Origin: the human T2T-CHM13v2.0 reference genome, Homo sapiens
NCBI RefSeq assembly: GCF_009914755.1
Contig: NC_060941.1
Reading direction: 5' to 3' (one strand)
DNA length: 64,000 nt
Shown here: positions 1-18,351 of the stretch, piece by piece
Layout of the letters: every line of letters begins with the position of its first letter
How positions within the stretch are numbered: position 1 is the first letter of the stretch
Position numbers and translations under genes: made by a program
The notes under the pieces: model-generated
What the model was told of the DNA's origin: nothing
Database searches by the model: none
What the model saw: the letters and a program-made list of their open reading frames with translations, nothing else

Positions 1-265
1 TATTTTAGGTCTTACATTTAGGTCTTTGATCCATTTTGAGTTAGTTTTTGTATATGATGTTAGGTAAGGGTCCAGCCATATTCTTTTGCATATAGATATC
101 CAGTTTTCACAGTACAATTTGTTGAAAAAACTGTCCTTTCTCCATTGAATGGTCTTGGCACCTTCGTCAAAAATCATTTAACTATATATGTGAGAGTTTA
201 TTTCTGGGTACTCTATTGTATTCCATCGGTCTGTATGTCTGTTTTTATGCCATTACCACAGTATT
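1..265 (-). mobile_element. Old L1 fragment (antisense) in RNF135 intron 1
   Basis: 'tttaggtctttgatccattttgagttagtttttgtatatg' is typical antisense L1 ORF2 sequence. Confidence 0.8.
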
Positions 266-342
266 TATGATTCCCTCTGTCTAGTGGTGGTTCCTGGGTC
301 CAGTTTTATAGAACCCAGGACCTGAACTTTGCTATTTTGAAG

Positions 343-486
343 GTGGCAGTAGAGAAGAGCATCACAGAAGTTGCTCAGGAGCTGACAGAGCTGGTGGAAC
401 ATCTTGTAGACATTGTCAGAAGCCTGCAGAATCAGAGGCCCCTATCAGAATCTGGACCAGACAACGAACTGAGCATCCTGGGCAAG
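343..486 (+). CDS. RNF135: RNF135 (Riplet) coding exon 2, 144 nt, VAVEKSITEVAQELTELVEHLVDIVRSLQNQRPLSESGPDNELSILGK (coiled-coil region)
   Basis: tttgaag|GTG acceptor and AAG|gtagg donor; peptide matches recalled human RNF135; phase 0-0. Confidence 0.97.
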
Positions 487-699
487 GTAGGCTCCACTGG
501 GAGAGGAAAGGATGTGGAAGGGAATAGGGCTAGGGATTGCTTTCAACTGGAACAACATGAACATATTTGAACCTGAAGGATACAATAAGTCTCAATCTTT
601 TATTGTTCTCTTTACTACCAGACATGGATGATTGGACATTTGGAATGCTTGAGGTAAGGTTGGGAAGCTTCAGATGGGCTAGGATCACTCCACCTAACA

Positions 700-1900
700 A
701 GCTGTCTCTAAGATCACCAGTGACCTCTGTGTATAACGTTCTGGTGCCTGTCTCTATAAGCGTTCTGGTGCCTGTCTTCATTGACCTTTCAGCAGCCTTT
801 GACACTGTGGACCACACCTTCATTCTTAGCTTTTGGGACAGGAATCTTTTGGCTTTCCCCCACCTCTCTCTGGCTGATCCTTCTCAGTCTGTTTACAGGC
901 TCTCTCTCCTCTGCTTAGGAATTAAATGCTGGAGTTCCTCAAGGCTGAGTTGTAGGTCCCTTTGTTTCCCCTGCAGGTAGTCTTCCCTGCATCCATGGCT
1001 TTAATGACCACCTCTATGCACAAATAATAGCTCCAGGCTGGAGCCTTCTCTGAGCACTAGGCTGCTATGTCTTCCTTCTCATCTTTTCTTCTTGGGTATC
1101 TCAAAGCATCACACTTAATGCGTCCTAAACTGCTCCTCTTCTGGGATTTCTCATCTCAATGCTTGCCCCATTATCTTTCCAAGTACAGAAGCCAGAGACC
1201 TGGAAATCATGTTACCTTCTTCTCCCTTACCCTAATATGCAGCATATTGTAGCTTTAAGACCTGCCTAATTACCTCTCAAATCTATTTACTTATTCTTGA
1301 GCTCCTTTGAGACTTGCTCTAATCCAAGCCTCTGATAATTTCATGTCTGGATTGCTGTCATAGTCTTCCAAATGCTCCACTCTCCCTCTTCTAGTCTGTT
1401 TTCCTCATGGTCATCACAGTGACTACCACAAACATCAATCTGAAAATGTAACTCATCTGCTTAAAACATTCAAATTACATCAGTTTGCTCAGGAGTAAGA
1501 CCCAAATCCTCACAGGACCAGCAAAGCCCTGTAGGATCCCATCTCTGTCTGCCTCTCAAATCTCATCTCTGCTCATGCTGCCTGGCTCTGTGCGCTCTAG
1601 CTACACTGGCCGCACAGTCGCTCTAGTGTGTCTCACGTCTTCCCACTACAGGGCACCCTTCATGGAATGCTCTCCTTTCCCTCCATCACTTAGGTAATAC
1701 TTGCTCATCCTTCAGATCCTAGCTAGAACGTCATTTCTTCAGAAAGAAGCCTTCAATGATTTCCTTGAACAAATCAAATCTCCCCATTAGAGGCTCTGAG
1801 GACTCCATGTACCTTTCATTTGTAGTGGTTATCACCATTGCACCTTTGTAATGTCTTGTGCCATACTCTATATTAATGTCTGCCCCCCTCCCTTTTCCTT
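700..1900. mobile_element. Degraded L2 element(s)
   Basis: Translates to the RT remnant 'FIDLSAAFDTVDH', followed by L2-like 3' sequence; boundaries approximate. Confidence 0.6.
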
Positions 1901-1956
1901 CACTGGACTCTCAACTTCAGGAGGATAGGGACTTTTGATGCTTTTTTTTTTTTTGA

Positions 1957-2157
<201 letters not shown>

Positions 2158-3669
2158 TGATCCACCTGCCTCGGCCTCCCAAAGTGCTGGGATTACAGGC
2201 GTGCGCCACATTGCCTGGCTGATGCTTTTGTTCTTTTGTCCACCATTGTGTCCCCAGGCGCTAGCACAGTACCCAAGTACCCACTTACAGTAGGGGTTCA
2301 ACAAATACCCACTGAATGTATGGATAAATCCATCTTTAGGGATGCGATGTGTTGGGATAGAAACGCTGAGAGTCTGACTTTCAGAATTGACATTGTCACT
2401 CACTAGTATTATGACCTTGGGCAAGTCATTTCATCTATCTGCGTCTCAGGTTCCTATCTGTAATATAGAAATAATGATACAGGGCCTGCCACATCATTGG
2501 TTTATTGTGAGGATTAAAAGAGGTATAAGAAAGTGCTTGAGCAATGTTAAAATGTGGGATGTTATAATTAACTGTGGCAATTTAGTTAACCTTCATGAAT
2601 TTCATCTTCTTTTGTAAAACGGAGATTTTTTACAGGTTGATAAACCTACTTTGTGAGGTTGTTATGCAAATGAGAGAAAGGCAATATCTAGCATGTAGAA
2701 AACACTCAATAAGTGTAATACTACCGTATTTTGATTGGTGGAAAGAATGGGGAGTGGATTATGCAAAGGTGGGAAGGAAAGGGGTTGAAGTTGGTGAGCA
2801 GATAAAGGGCTGTATTGGGGAAGAACAGGACCTGAGGCTAAAGAAAATCAGGGAGCATGTGTTGAAGGCCCTAGAAAGCAGGACCTGGATGCAGGCAATT
2901 TGAGAGGGAGCTCTTGCGAAGTGAAATGATATAATGATAGAGGTGGGAAAAGGTTCCTTTTTTTTTTTTTGTGAAATGGAGTCTTGCTCTGTCGCCCAGG
3001 TTGTAGTGCAGTGGCATGATCTTCTCAGCTCAGTACAACCTCTACCTCCCGGGTTCAAGTGATTGTCCTGCCTCAGCCTCCCATGTAGTTGGGATTACAG
3101 GCACTTGCCATCATGCCTGGCTAATTTTTGTATTTTTAGTACAGACAGGGTTTCACCATGTTGGCCAGGCTGGTCTCGGATTCCTGACTTCAGGTGTTCT
3201 ACCCTCCTCAGCCTTCCAAAGTGCTGGGATTACAGGTGTGAGCCACCACACCTAGCCGAAAAGGTTATTCTGACCTCCATGGTTTATCTCAGTAACTATC
3301 TGTAGTATTTATTTTATAAAGCCCCTATAAGATGCGCCTAGAAATGTTAAACTTTTTTGGTATTACCTAAGAAATCCATGTTTATTGTGCAAAATATTAG
3401 AAAGCACATAGCATTAAATAAAGCAAATTAAAGTGCTCCATAACTCCATCACCCAGAAATAACCACTCTTTGATATTTTTGCTGTACTATGTACAGCAAA
3501 TTATTCCAGATTTTTTTCAAGGCATATTTTTTGAGGGCCTAATTTTGTTTTTAAAAACTTGCTGGGAATTAAATAGAAAATTATAGATGAATAGAAAAAC
3601 TTGAATATAATAGTTGATAGACTGCATAGGGGACTTCCATTTATTCAGTTTTAAATGGTTTATCAATAG

Positions 3670-3832
3670 GCTTTTTCTTCTGGGGTGGATCTTTCCATGG
3701 CTTCTCCAAAGCTGGTGACTTCCGACACAGCTGCAGGGAAAATCAGAGATATTCTCCATGACCTAGAAGAAATTCAGGAAAAATTACAAGAAAGCGTCAC
3801 CTGGAAAGAGGCTCCTGAAGCACAAATGCAGG
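3670..3832 (+). CDS. RNF135: RNF135 coding exon 3, 163 nt, AFSSGVDLSMASPKLVTSDTAAGKIRDILHDLEEIQEKLQESVTWKEAPEAQMQ
   Basis: aatag|GCT acceptor, CAGG|gtgag donor; overlaps ORF 3685-3921. Confidence 0.97.
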
Positions 3833-4140
3833 GTGAGCTGATCTTATTTATTGGAGGAGGATTAAATATGGAAGTTGGGGGGAGTAGCAGAGTGCTCTAT
3901 GGCTTTGTTCTCTGGGGATAGGATCCCAGAGTCCAGCTGTATTACCACTGTGGTGTCGTGAATCAGGTAGGGGTGGGCTGAAGTGATTTTGTGGCTGAAT
4001 ATGTTTTTGGCAATGACTGAAGGTGTGATGTATCACAAGTCCTTAATAGATAGAAACTCATTTTTGAAGATCCATGCACACAGGTCCTTACTGATCAAGT
4101 GTGTTATCTTACTGCAGAGATTCTGAAATAGGCCACTTTT

Positions 4141-4358
<218 letters not shown>

Positions 4359-5954
4359 TAACGAGGATGGTCTCAATCTCCTGACCTTGTGATCTGCCCG
4401 CCTTGGCCTCCCAAAGTGTTGGGATTACAGGCGTGAGCCACCGTGCCTGGCCTTAAATTTTTAACTAGTAAATGTCTTCTTCTTTTTTTTTTTTTTAATA
4501 ATTTTGTTTTGTTTTTGTTTTATTTTGAGACAGAGTCTCACTCCGTCACCCAGGCTGGAGTGCAGTGGTGCGATCTTGGCCAGAATTACAGGCGTGCGCC
4601 ACCACGCCTGGCTAATTTTTGCGTTGGTTTTTTTTTTCTTTTCTTTCTTTCTTTTTTTTTTTTTTTTTTTTAAGTAGAGACAGAGTTTCACCATGTTGGA
4701 CAGACTGGTCTCAAACTCCTGACTGCAAGGCTCACCTCAGCCTCCCAAAGTGTTGGGATTACAGGCGTGAGCCACTGCACCTGGCTGTAAATGTCTTTCT
4801 TAACAAAGCATATAGGCCAAGTGCAGTGGCTCACGCCTGTAATCCCAGTGCTTTGGGAGGCTGAGGTGAGAGGATCTCTTGAGGCCAGGAGTTCAAGACC
4901 AGCCTGGACTACAGAGAGAGATCCTGTCTCTACAAAAAATAAAAAGTAACCAGATGTGGTGGTGCACACCTGTAGTCCCAGCTACTCTGTAGGCTGAGGC
5001 TAGAGGATCACTTGAGCCACGGGTTCAAGGCTGAGTGATCATGCCACTGCATTGCATCCTGGGCAACAGAGGGAGATCTTGTCTACAAACAAAACCAGCA
5101 TGCCACTTTGTAACTAGTTCTTGATACAGTCTATTAAAATATAATCTCTGGGGAGTGTGTTAATGTTAATATTAAACAGTACCATATAGAAAAGAACCTT
5201 TCTGTCCTGATCCTGTAGTTTCTCTGTTGTTCTTCCAGAGTTATTGAAAAATAACTAACACCTTCCTGTCAGACATTAGACGTTAGCTCTGTCTGGTCTC
5301 CCAGGGTTCTTCCTCCTGCTCTGGCCACTGCTATCTTCATATGCTTTAGAGGCATTTCTTCTGTAGCTTTTCCTCTTCTGATAGCTTTTATATCCTTTAT
5401 ATTTTCATATTTAAACAATCTTATGCTACTTAAAAAATCATTTCTGGCCAGTGCAGTGGCTTATGCCTGTAATCCCAGCACTTTGGGAGGCCGAGGCGTG
5501 TGGATCACCTGAGGTCAAGAGTTCAAGACCAGCCTGGTCAACCTGGCGAAACCCTGTCTCTATTAAAAACACAAAAATTAACTGGGCATGGTGGTGGGTG
5601 CCTATAATCCCAGCTACTCAGGAGGCAGAGGCACAAGAATCACTTGAACCTGGGAAGCAGAGGTTGCACCATTGCACTCCAGCCTGGGCAACAAGAGTGA
5701 AACTCTGTCTCAAAAAAAAAAAAAAAAAAAAAGAATCATTTCTTATGTAAGTGGAGAAGCATGATTCCTTGGAAAAAGTTTCTTTAGGAAAACAATTAGA
5801 GAGCAGTTTATTGTTCCAAAAATTATCTGAGAAAGAAGCACCTTTGTATTCTGTGTGCTTCTAAACTTAGGTTGGGTTCCTTAGTGATTTTATTTATACA
5901 AATTTAAGATCAATTTTTAAATTTTGGGGGGTTAAATTTAAAATTTCATATTCA

Positions 5955-6101
<147 letters not shown>

Positions 6102-7168
6102 TTAGCCGGGCGTGGTGGCACACTCCAGTAGTGCCAGCTACTCCAGAGGCTTAGGCAGGAAAATTGCTTGAACCCGGGAGGCAGAGGTTGCAGTGAGCCA
6201 CTGCACTCCAGTGTGGGTGATGAGCGAAACACCATCTCAAAACAAACAAACAAACAAACAAAAACAGTATAAAAAGGGCATACTGCCCAGTCTCTCTTCC
6301 ATCCTTGCCAATTGCCCCATTCTCTCTTCTCAGTGCACCACTTTTATTACCGTTTTTTTGAGTGTCTGTTCAGAATTTATTTATGCAAATGTCAGCGAAT
6401 ATGAATTTATATTTTTATTTCTCCCAATCTTTTTTTAATACACAAAAGATAGCACATTATATACATTGTCCTGCATTTTGCTTTTGTCTTTTACTTTATA
6501 CATCTTTATTTTATAGTACAGTAGTTAGGACATTTTTCCTTGCTTTTGTTAGTACCTAGGGCATTTTCTCTTACAGTTGCTCAGTATTCCAATATCTGGG
6601 TATGCCAACATTTATTTACTCCATCCTCTGCAGATGAATACGTGATTGTTTCCAATTGTTTACAATGACAAATAATGCTAAAATCAATAACTGTGTATGT
6701 ACATTGTTTCATATGGGTGTAGATATATTTGTAGCTCAAATTGCCAGTGAAGGTTGCTGGGTCATAGGGTAAATTCATTTGTCATTTTGATATACATTGC
6801 CAAATCACCCTCCAGTTGGGTTATACCAGTCTTCACTCCCACAGAAGAAGTGTGTGTCCCCAACCTGCCAACTGAGTATGTTGTCAAACATTTGTCTTTT
6901 TTTTTAAACCAATCTCATGGGTCAAAATATTGATGTGAAATTAGCCAGTCTTGGTGGTGGGTGCCCGTAATCCCAGTTACGTGGGAGGTTGAGGCAGGTG
7001 AATTGCTTGAACCCGGGAGGCAGAGGTTGTAGTGAGCCAAGACCGTGCCATTGTCCTCCAGCCTGGGCAACAAGAATGAAACTCTGACTCAAGAAAATAC
7101 ATTGACGTGAGAGTATACTGCGCGTTTTTTTTCTCTTTCTCTTTCTTTTTTTTTTTTTTTGAGACTGA

Positions 7169-7267
<99 letters not shown>

Positions 7268-8748
7268 TGAGTAGTTGGGATTACAGGCACCTGCCACCAG
7301 GCCTCACTAATTTTTGTACTTTTAGAGATGGGGTTTCACCATGTTGGTCAGGCTGGTCTCAGACTCCTGACCTCAGGTGATCTGCTTGCCTCGGTCTCCC
7401 AAAGTGCTGGGATTACAGGGGTGAGCCACCGTGCCCGGCCTATACTACACTTTTAATTTGTGTTTCTCCATGAATTGTCTTTCATATCTTGTGTTATTGG
7501 TCTTTTAAAAATTGACATTTAGGAGCTCTTTGTAAATTAAAGAGATTAAACTTTTGTCTGTTATATGAATTGCAAATTTTGTTCCTTAATATGTCATTTG
7601 TCTTTTTATTTATCTTTTATGGGTTTTATAATGCCATATAGACATTTTTAAATTTATGTAATTTTTTTTTTTTTTTGAGAAGCAGTTTCGTTCTTGTTGC
7701 CCAGGCTGGAGTACAAAGGTGTGATCTGGCTCACTGTAATATCTGTCTCCTGGGTTCAAGTGATTCTCCTGCCTCAGCCTCCCAAGTAGCTGGGATTACA
7801 AGCCTGTGCCACCACACCTGGCTAATTTTTGTATTTTTAGCAGAGACAGGGTTTCCCCATGTTGGTCAGGCTGGTCTCAAACTCTTGACCTCAGGTGATC
7901 CACCTGCCTTGGCTTCCCAATCTGCTGGGATTACACAGGAGTAAGCCACTGCGCTCGGCCTTTACATAATTTTTTATAGAGATGAAATCTCACTGTTTTG
8001 CCCAGGCTGGTCTCAAACTCTTAGGCTCAAGCAATCCTTCTGTCTCTGCCTGCCAAATTGCTGGGATTACAGGTGTGAACCACCATGTCTGGCCTCAATT
8101 TTTTTTTTTTTTTTTAGAGACAATAGACAGAGTCTTGTTCTGTTGCCTAGACTGGTTGACTAGAGTGCTGTGGCAATTCCTGGTCTCTAAATGTTTCTTT
8201 TTTATTTTTTGAGACAAGGTCTTACTTTGTTTCCCAGGGTGGAGTGCAGTGGTGCGATCATGGCTCACCCCAGCCTTGACCTCCCAGGCTCAAGTGATCC
8301 TCCCTCCTTAGCCTCCTGAGTAGCTGGGACTGCAGGTGCGTGTCACCGCACCTGGCTAATTCTTGTATTTTTGGGTAGAGACAGAGTTTTGCTATGTTTC
8401 CTAGGCTGGCCTGGAACTCCTGGGCTCCAGCAATTAGTTCACCTTAGCTGCTTGAGTAGGTGGGACTGCAAGGTGGCGCTACCACACTCAGTTAATTTTT
8501 TGTTTATTTTTTTTGTGGAGAAGAGGTCTTGCTTCTATTTTCATGTAGTAAATTTTGTTCATTTTTTCTTTTATGCATTGTAGATTTTAAGTTTTAGTTA
8601 GAAAACTCAACCCCCTGAAGTTTAGAAAGGAATTTTCTCAGGTATATGTGTGTGTTTGTACTTACACAGTTTACATTTAAATCTTTGGTTTCATGTTTTA
8701 CATTTAAATCTTTGACTCACTTCAAGTATATCTCAGCATGTATCCTAG

Positions 8749-9006
<258 letters not shown>

Positions 9007-9566
9007 TGAACTCCTGACCTCAGGTGATCTGCCTGCCTTTGCCTGCCTTGGCATCCCAAAGTGCTGGGATTACAGGCATGAGCCACAGCACTTGGCCTTA
9101 TTTATTTTTTAAATAGAGACAGGGATGTCACTTTATTGCCCAGGCTGGTGTTGATCTCCTAGCTTCCAGCAATCCTTGTGCTTTGGCTCCCAAAGTGCTG
9201 GGATTACAGGCATGAGCCACCATACCGAGCCCCTAGTGAATTTTAAGTAAGATTTGTGTAGTGCCACTTTAGAGACATATCTCATAGCATTTTCATGTTT
9301 AATGATATTGCTCTGCTTAAAATGTTGCTCTTAACTGGAGAACCATGATTCTTTGGAAAAAATTTCCATGGTTAAGTGTAGATTATTTCTCTCATCAATA
9401 GAGATAAAAAAAGTATTAGGGAGTGTTAATTTAAAAAAAAAAAGTAAATAACTTCAGTAGGTTTTGCAAATGCTTTTTAAAAAATTTTTTTCCTTTCTTT
9501 TTCTTTTGTTTATAATCTGCATTCTGCTGAATTAATTAATTAATTAATTTTTTTATTTTGACACAG

Positions 9567-9631
9567 GTTCTCTGTTGCCCAGGCTGGAGTGCAGTGGCAC
9601 AATCACTGCAGCCTCGATCTCTCAGGCTCAG
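9567..9631 (+). CDS. RNF135: Alternative 65-nt cassette exon of RNF135 exonised from an antisense Alu: (G)[21 protein letters not shown]; shifts the frame of exons 4-5
   Basis: T-rich Alu tail then acacag|GTT acceptor and CAG|gtgatc donor; inclusion predicts a 286-aa product, the length I recall for an annotated RNF135 isoform. Confidence 0.75.
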
Positions 9632-10068
9632 GTGATCTTCCTTCCTAAGACTCCCAAGTAGCTGGGACTACAGGCATGTGCCACCACACTCAGCTAATTT
9701 TTTGTACTTTTTGTAGAGATGAGGTTTTGCCATGTTGCCCAGGCTGGTCTCCCACTCTTGGGCTCAAGCGATCCTCCTGCCTCAACCTCCCAAAGTTGTT
9801 GGATTACAGGCGTGAGCCACGGTGCCCAGCCAAACATTTTTTAAAAACCTATTAACAATAAGTAATAATCGTATCAGCAAAATAGGAGAACAGTGATATT
9901 CATCTGAATTTTGTGTTTTTCTAAATTGTAGTGAAAATACATACAACATAAAATTTACTATCTTAACTATTTTTAAGTAGGCAGCTCAGGCAGGTGCAGT
10001 GGCTCATGCCTGTAATCCCAGCACTTTGGGAGGTTGAGGTGGGCAGATCAGTTGAGTCCAGGAGTTCA

Positions 10069-10305
<237 letters not shown>

Positions 10306-10351
10306 TTACATTATCATATAACCAATCTCCAGATCATTTTCTTTTTTGTAA

Positions 10352-10686
<335 letters not shown>

Positions 10687-10833
10687 TAGGATCAGGTCTT
10701 ACTTTGTTGCCCAGGCTAGAGTACTGTGGCACAACTATGGCTCACTGTAACCTCAATCCTCCTGCTTCAGCCTCCCCAGTAGCCAGGACTATAGGCCCAC
10801 ACCACCATGCTCAGCTATTTAAAGAATTGTTTT

Positions 10834-11231
<398 letters not shown>

Positions 11232-11433
11232 CTATAAGCATGGGCCACCATGCCTGGTTTCATGTTGCAGAATTGAAACTCTATACCCATTAAGCAACAA
11301 TTCCACATTCCTTCAACCCCCTCCTACCTGGCAACCACTATTCCACTTTCTGTTCTATGAATTTGACTATTCTAGATACCTCATGTGAGTGGAATCATAC
11401 AGTATTAGTGTGTGAGAGGTTTATTTCACTTAG

Positions 11434-12051
<618 letters not shown>

Positions 12052-12968
12052 TGATCTGCCTGTCTTGGCCTCCCAAAGTGCTGGGATTACAGGTGTGAAC
12101 CACTGCGCCCAGGCAGTATTCGTTACTTTTTAAGGCTAAATAATATTCCATTGTATGTATATATCACATTTCTTTATCCATTTTTCTGTCTCTGGACACA
12201 GGGATTGCTTCAGTTCCGAGTTGAATTTTGAGACTGGCCTCTTTACAGGCAGCTCTCTTGCTCTCATGACCTAAGTTACCACAGGCACACCCTAGACAAG
12301 GTCTTTCATCTCTTCTCAGGTGGAGTCTTAGATTCACTGCAGCTGCTGTCACTTCAAGATACAAGTAGGACAAGATTTTGCCTTCAAAGTCTGCACTCTA
12401 GGACTTCCCTTACTTATCATCTGCCTGACGTGGTCATTGCACTCTAGCACACATGACTGCTTTAAGTTAATAATTAAACTTTAGCACATCGAGAGGGAAT
12501 TAGGAGGTGTCAGCAATGGTGATGAATCTCACCCCAACTCATGTTACCCAGTTTATGTAACAACAGTTTAAAACATTGACTTGGGGGTCCTGGATATTCT
12601 AGGTGTTAGGGTGCTGCAATCCCCTGGAACTGTATTAGTTGATTTTATTTCATGAGTGTGCATAAAACACCTTCTATCTATGGGACTGGCATGGGGCTTG
12701 GTGCTTAGAACATATAGATGAACAAGATCTTTGCTAGCAAGGAGCTGAGAGCTTAGTGAAGAAAGAGTGAAAAGTCCACAGTGAGAACATGGAGGTGCAC
12801 ATACCTGGGCTGCAGGCACACTGCCTCTGCCTGATCCAGTCCTGACACTGAAAAATGTGTAGATGATAAGAAGACAAGCCAGCCATGTGCCTTGACCATG
12901 ATGTTTGGAGACCTTCAGTTTGCCTTTTTCTGATGGGACTTTCCTCTGTTAATTTTTTTGTTACTTAG

Positions 12969-13058
12969 GAGAACTCCTGGAAGCCCCGTCTTCCTCCTCA
13001 TGCCCATTGCCTGACCAGAGCCACCCTGCACTCAGGAGAGCTTCTCGGTTTGCTCAGT
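12969..13058 (+). CDS. RNF135: RNF135 coding exon 4, 90 nt, (G)ELLEAPSSSSCPLPDQSHPALRRASRFAQ(W)
   Basis: ttacttag|GA acceptor, CAGT|gtaagt donor; phase 1-1 fits exons 3 and 5. Confidence 0.97.
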
Positions 13059-13269
13059 GTAAGTATGTGGTCCACTTTAAACATGGGTTTGGCTTGCCGC
13101 AGAGCGGGCTTCGAGAATATCCTACATCCATCTCCCTACTGCTAGGGCCACTCCTTGGCTTACTGCACATGGATTTGTTCCAGGTCCCTCCACGGGGGGA
13201 GCTGATTGCAAAGGCAAAGCAGGTTGAGACTCTAGACCCAAGAGCACTCAGAGTCCCGCCAACCTTTGA

Positions 13270-13397
13270 GCATCTCTGCTGTGGCCACCAACTACAGCCA
13301 ACTGCCTGTTCCCAAACCTGCTGAGGTATTTCTGCATCTGTGCTGTGGCCACCAACTATAGCCAACTGCCTCTTCCTAAACCTGCTGAGGTATTTCT
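13270..13397 (+). repeat. 2 x 64-bp tandem duplication in RNF135 intron 4
   Basis: gcatct(c/g)tgctgtggccaccaacta(c/t)agccaactgcct(g/c)ttcc(c/t)aaacctgctgaggtatttct twice, four mismatches. Confidence 0.9.
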
Positions 13398-13419
13398 GCC
13401 ATCTCAGTCTGGGATAGTC

Positions 13420-13645
13420 CTTAAGAGCATGGATCCCAGAGCCAGACTGCTTGGGTTTGACTCCCAGCAGCTCCACTAACTAGCTGTGTGATCTTGGGCA
13501 AGTCACTTAAGCTTCCTAGAGCCTGGGTTTCCTCATCTGTAAAATGGAGATAATATAGTACTTCTCTTGCGGGATTGCCATGAGGGTTAAGTGAGTGAGT
13601 ATGAGTAAAACACCTAGAGTAGTCATGCTGTATAAGTGTTAGCAA
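13420..13645 (+). mobile_element. MIR element
   Basis: Core 'tagctgtgtgatcttgggcaagtcacttaa...tttcctcatctgtaaaatgg'. Confidence 0.8.
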
Positions 13646-14388
13646 TTTATTCACTCAATAGGAAACCAAATGAAATATACAAAGTGAGTAAGACATGGTC
13701 CTCAATCAGGAAGTTTCAGTTTAACTGGGAACGTATAAACAGCTGTGGTCATAAATCACCATAAGACGGGCGTGAGCCACCGCACCTTGCCTACGCCCAG
13801 CTAATTTTGGTATGTTTAATAGAGACAGGAGTTGGCCATGATGGCCAGGCTGGTCTTGACCTCCTGGCCTCAAGTGTTCCACCTGCCTCAGCCTCCCAAA
13901 GTGCTGGGATTACAGGGGTAAGCCAGTGCACCTGGCTGAAGGAGCTGGCCTGATTTTTAAAATTGACATATAATAATTGTATAGTCTGGGTGCAGTGGCT
14001 CATGCCTGTAATTGCAGCACTTTGGGAGGCTGAGATGGCAGGATTGCTGGAGCTCAGGAGTTCGACACCAGCCTAGGAAGCATGGCAAAATCCTGCTTCT
14101 TTTCTAAATAAATTTTAAAAATAAATAAATATAATAAGTGTACATATTTATGGGATACATAGTGATGTTTCAATACATATGGTGCATAGTGATCCGATCA
14201 AGGTAGTTAGCATATCTATCATCTGAAACATTTATCATTTCTTCCTGTTGGGTGATGTAGCAATTTTAATGCTAGTGTGAGTGAAACATCACACCAAAAG
14301 ATACAAAGTTGCTATTTGAAGACTTCTTAGCATGGACCATCAAAAGATGACCGGCCATGTTCTTATTGTTCTTTTTTTTTTTCCAAAG

Positions 14389-14918
14389 GGGCCATCCATC
14401 CAACCTTTAACTTGAAGAGCCTTTCCTGCAGCCTGGAGGTGTCCAAGGATTCCCGTACAGTGACTGTGTCTCACCGCCCACAACCCTATCGCTGGAGCTG
14501 TGAGAGGTTTTCTACCAGCCAGGTCTTATGTTCCCAGGCCCTGTCTTCTGGAAAGCATTACTGGGAAGTGGACACTAGGAATTGCAGCCACTGGGCAGTT
14601 GGGGTGGCTTCCTGGGAGATGAGCCGCGACCAGGTCCTGGGAAGGACTATGGACTCTTGTTGTGTGGAATGGAAGGGGACTAGCCAGCTCTCTGCATGGC
14701 ACATGGTCAAGGAAACTGTCCTTGGCTCAGACAGACCTGGGGTGGTGGGCATCTGGCTGAACCTTGAGGAGGGAAAGCTTGCCTTCTATTCAGTGGACAA
14801 TCAGGAGAAGCTTCTGTATGAGTGTACCATCTCTGCCTCCTCTCCTTTGTACCCTGCCTTCTGGCTGTATGGCTTACATCCTGGAAATTACCTGATAATA
14901 AAGCAAGTAAAGGTGTAA
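14389..14918 (+). CDS. RNF135: RNF135 last coding exon: PRY-SPRY/B30.2 domain ending ...YLIIKQVKV*
   Basis: Polypyrimidine tract and ccaaag|GG acceptor; ORF 14412-14918 has SPRY motifs GKHYWEV, WAVGVA, VGIWLN, LYPAF. Confidence 0.98.
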
Positions 14919-15008
14919 GGTTTCCTAAGGGATTACAACACAGTGGTTTCCTGGTCTCTCTCCCTGTCATCAATCAGGGTAGTAACTTGACTTAAGAATA
15001 CCACTTTT

Positions 15009-15709
<701 letters not shown>

Positions 15710-15719
15710 TAATTTGCTA

Positions 15720-16585
<866 letters not shown>

Positions 16586-17937
16586 GGTGTTATTTCATAC
16601 TTGATTTCCCCTATTTTTAACAACCATTTTATTATATAAGAAAACAGATACAGAAAACTACACAAAACAAGTGGTGCTTAATGAGTTATTATAAGGTAAA
16701 TACCCTTGTAACTATCATTCAGGTCAAGAAATAGCACCTGCTGCCCACCCCAGAAGCGCCTTCCTGTGCCCCATTCTAATCACAAAACCCTCCCTGTGCC
16801 TGAAAGGAGTCTTGACATTCACGCCAAACACTTCCTTGCATTTCTTTAGAGTTTTATCACTCAAATATGCATCCATAGCCACAGTAGTTTCATCTTGCCC
16901 ATTAAAAAAAATGGTATGTCCTTTAACAGCTTTGTTGGGAATATTATTTATTTATTTATTTATTTATTTTATTTTGGAGCCAGGTTCTCACATTGTCACC
17001 AAAGCTGAAGTGAAGTGGCATGAATCTTGGCTCACTGCAACCTCTGCCTCCCGGGTTCAAGTGATCCTCAGCCTCCTGAGTAGCTGGGATTACAGGTGTG
17101 AGCCACCACACCCAGCTAATTTTTGCATTTTTAGTAGAGATGGGGTTTTGCCATGTTGCCCAGGCTGGTCTCAAACTCCTGAGCTCAGGCAGTCTGCCTA
17201 CCTCAGGCTCCCAAAGTGCTGGGATTACAGGCGTGAGCCACTGTGCCTGACTGACATATAATTTACATTCTATGAAATTCACTTAAGGTGTACAAATATA
17301 TGTTTTTTACTATATTTACAGAGTTGTAAAACCATCACCATAATCTAATTTTAGGATATTGTCATCACCCCCAGAAAGAACCCTCATGCCCATTATTTAA
17401 TGTCTGTTAGTCTCCTAATATACATGTCTCTCTCTCTCTCTTTTTTTTTTTTTTTTGTCTTACAGTTCATCCATAGAAGGACTCTGGTCTTGACTAGCAC
17501 CTATTCTGAAGATGGGGACGTTCAGCTCCTGAACTAGGTTGAAGAGAAAACCCTGTCATGCAAACCAGCCAGGCAGCGTTTGACAGTATATTTAAACTCT
17601 TCTTGCCTTTCTTTCCTCTCTAAAATGGACATCATTATTATTTGCCCTTCCTTACCTTCCTCACAGGTTTGCTGAAACCATTAAATAAAGTAGGAGGTGA
17701 GGAAATCGGAAGAATACAAGGATGATGATTATCACAGCAGCAATGATGGAATTACATCTTAATATCACCCACCTTGGCCTCTAACATCCTGAGACTCACA
17801 CCTAATTTCTATACATGATTAATCGCTCCTTCAAAACAGGGGTAAGCAGAATTCTTCCACGTGGTCTACTAATATGCTTTCTGAGCCTCACCACTGCCCT
17901 GCGTGATGGGTATTATTACCTTCCTGTTGATGCATAA

Positions 17938-18351
<414 letters not shown>

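Noticed and set aside
732-778. 23-24 bp tandem duplication tataa(g)cgttctggtgcctgtct
   Set aside because: Small slippage duplication inside a degraded L2; no sign of significance.
13007-13476. ORFs 13007-13324 (+) and 13054-13476 (-)
   Set aside because: The first is exon 4 reading through its donor into intron; the second starts in a MIR and has no recognisable homology.
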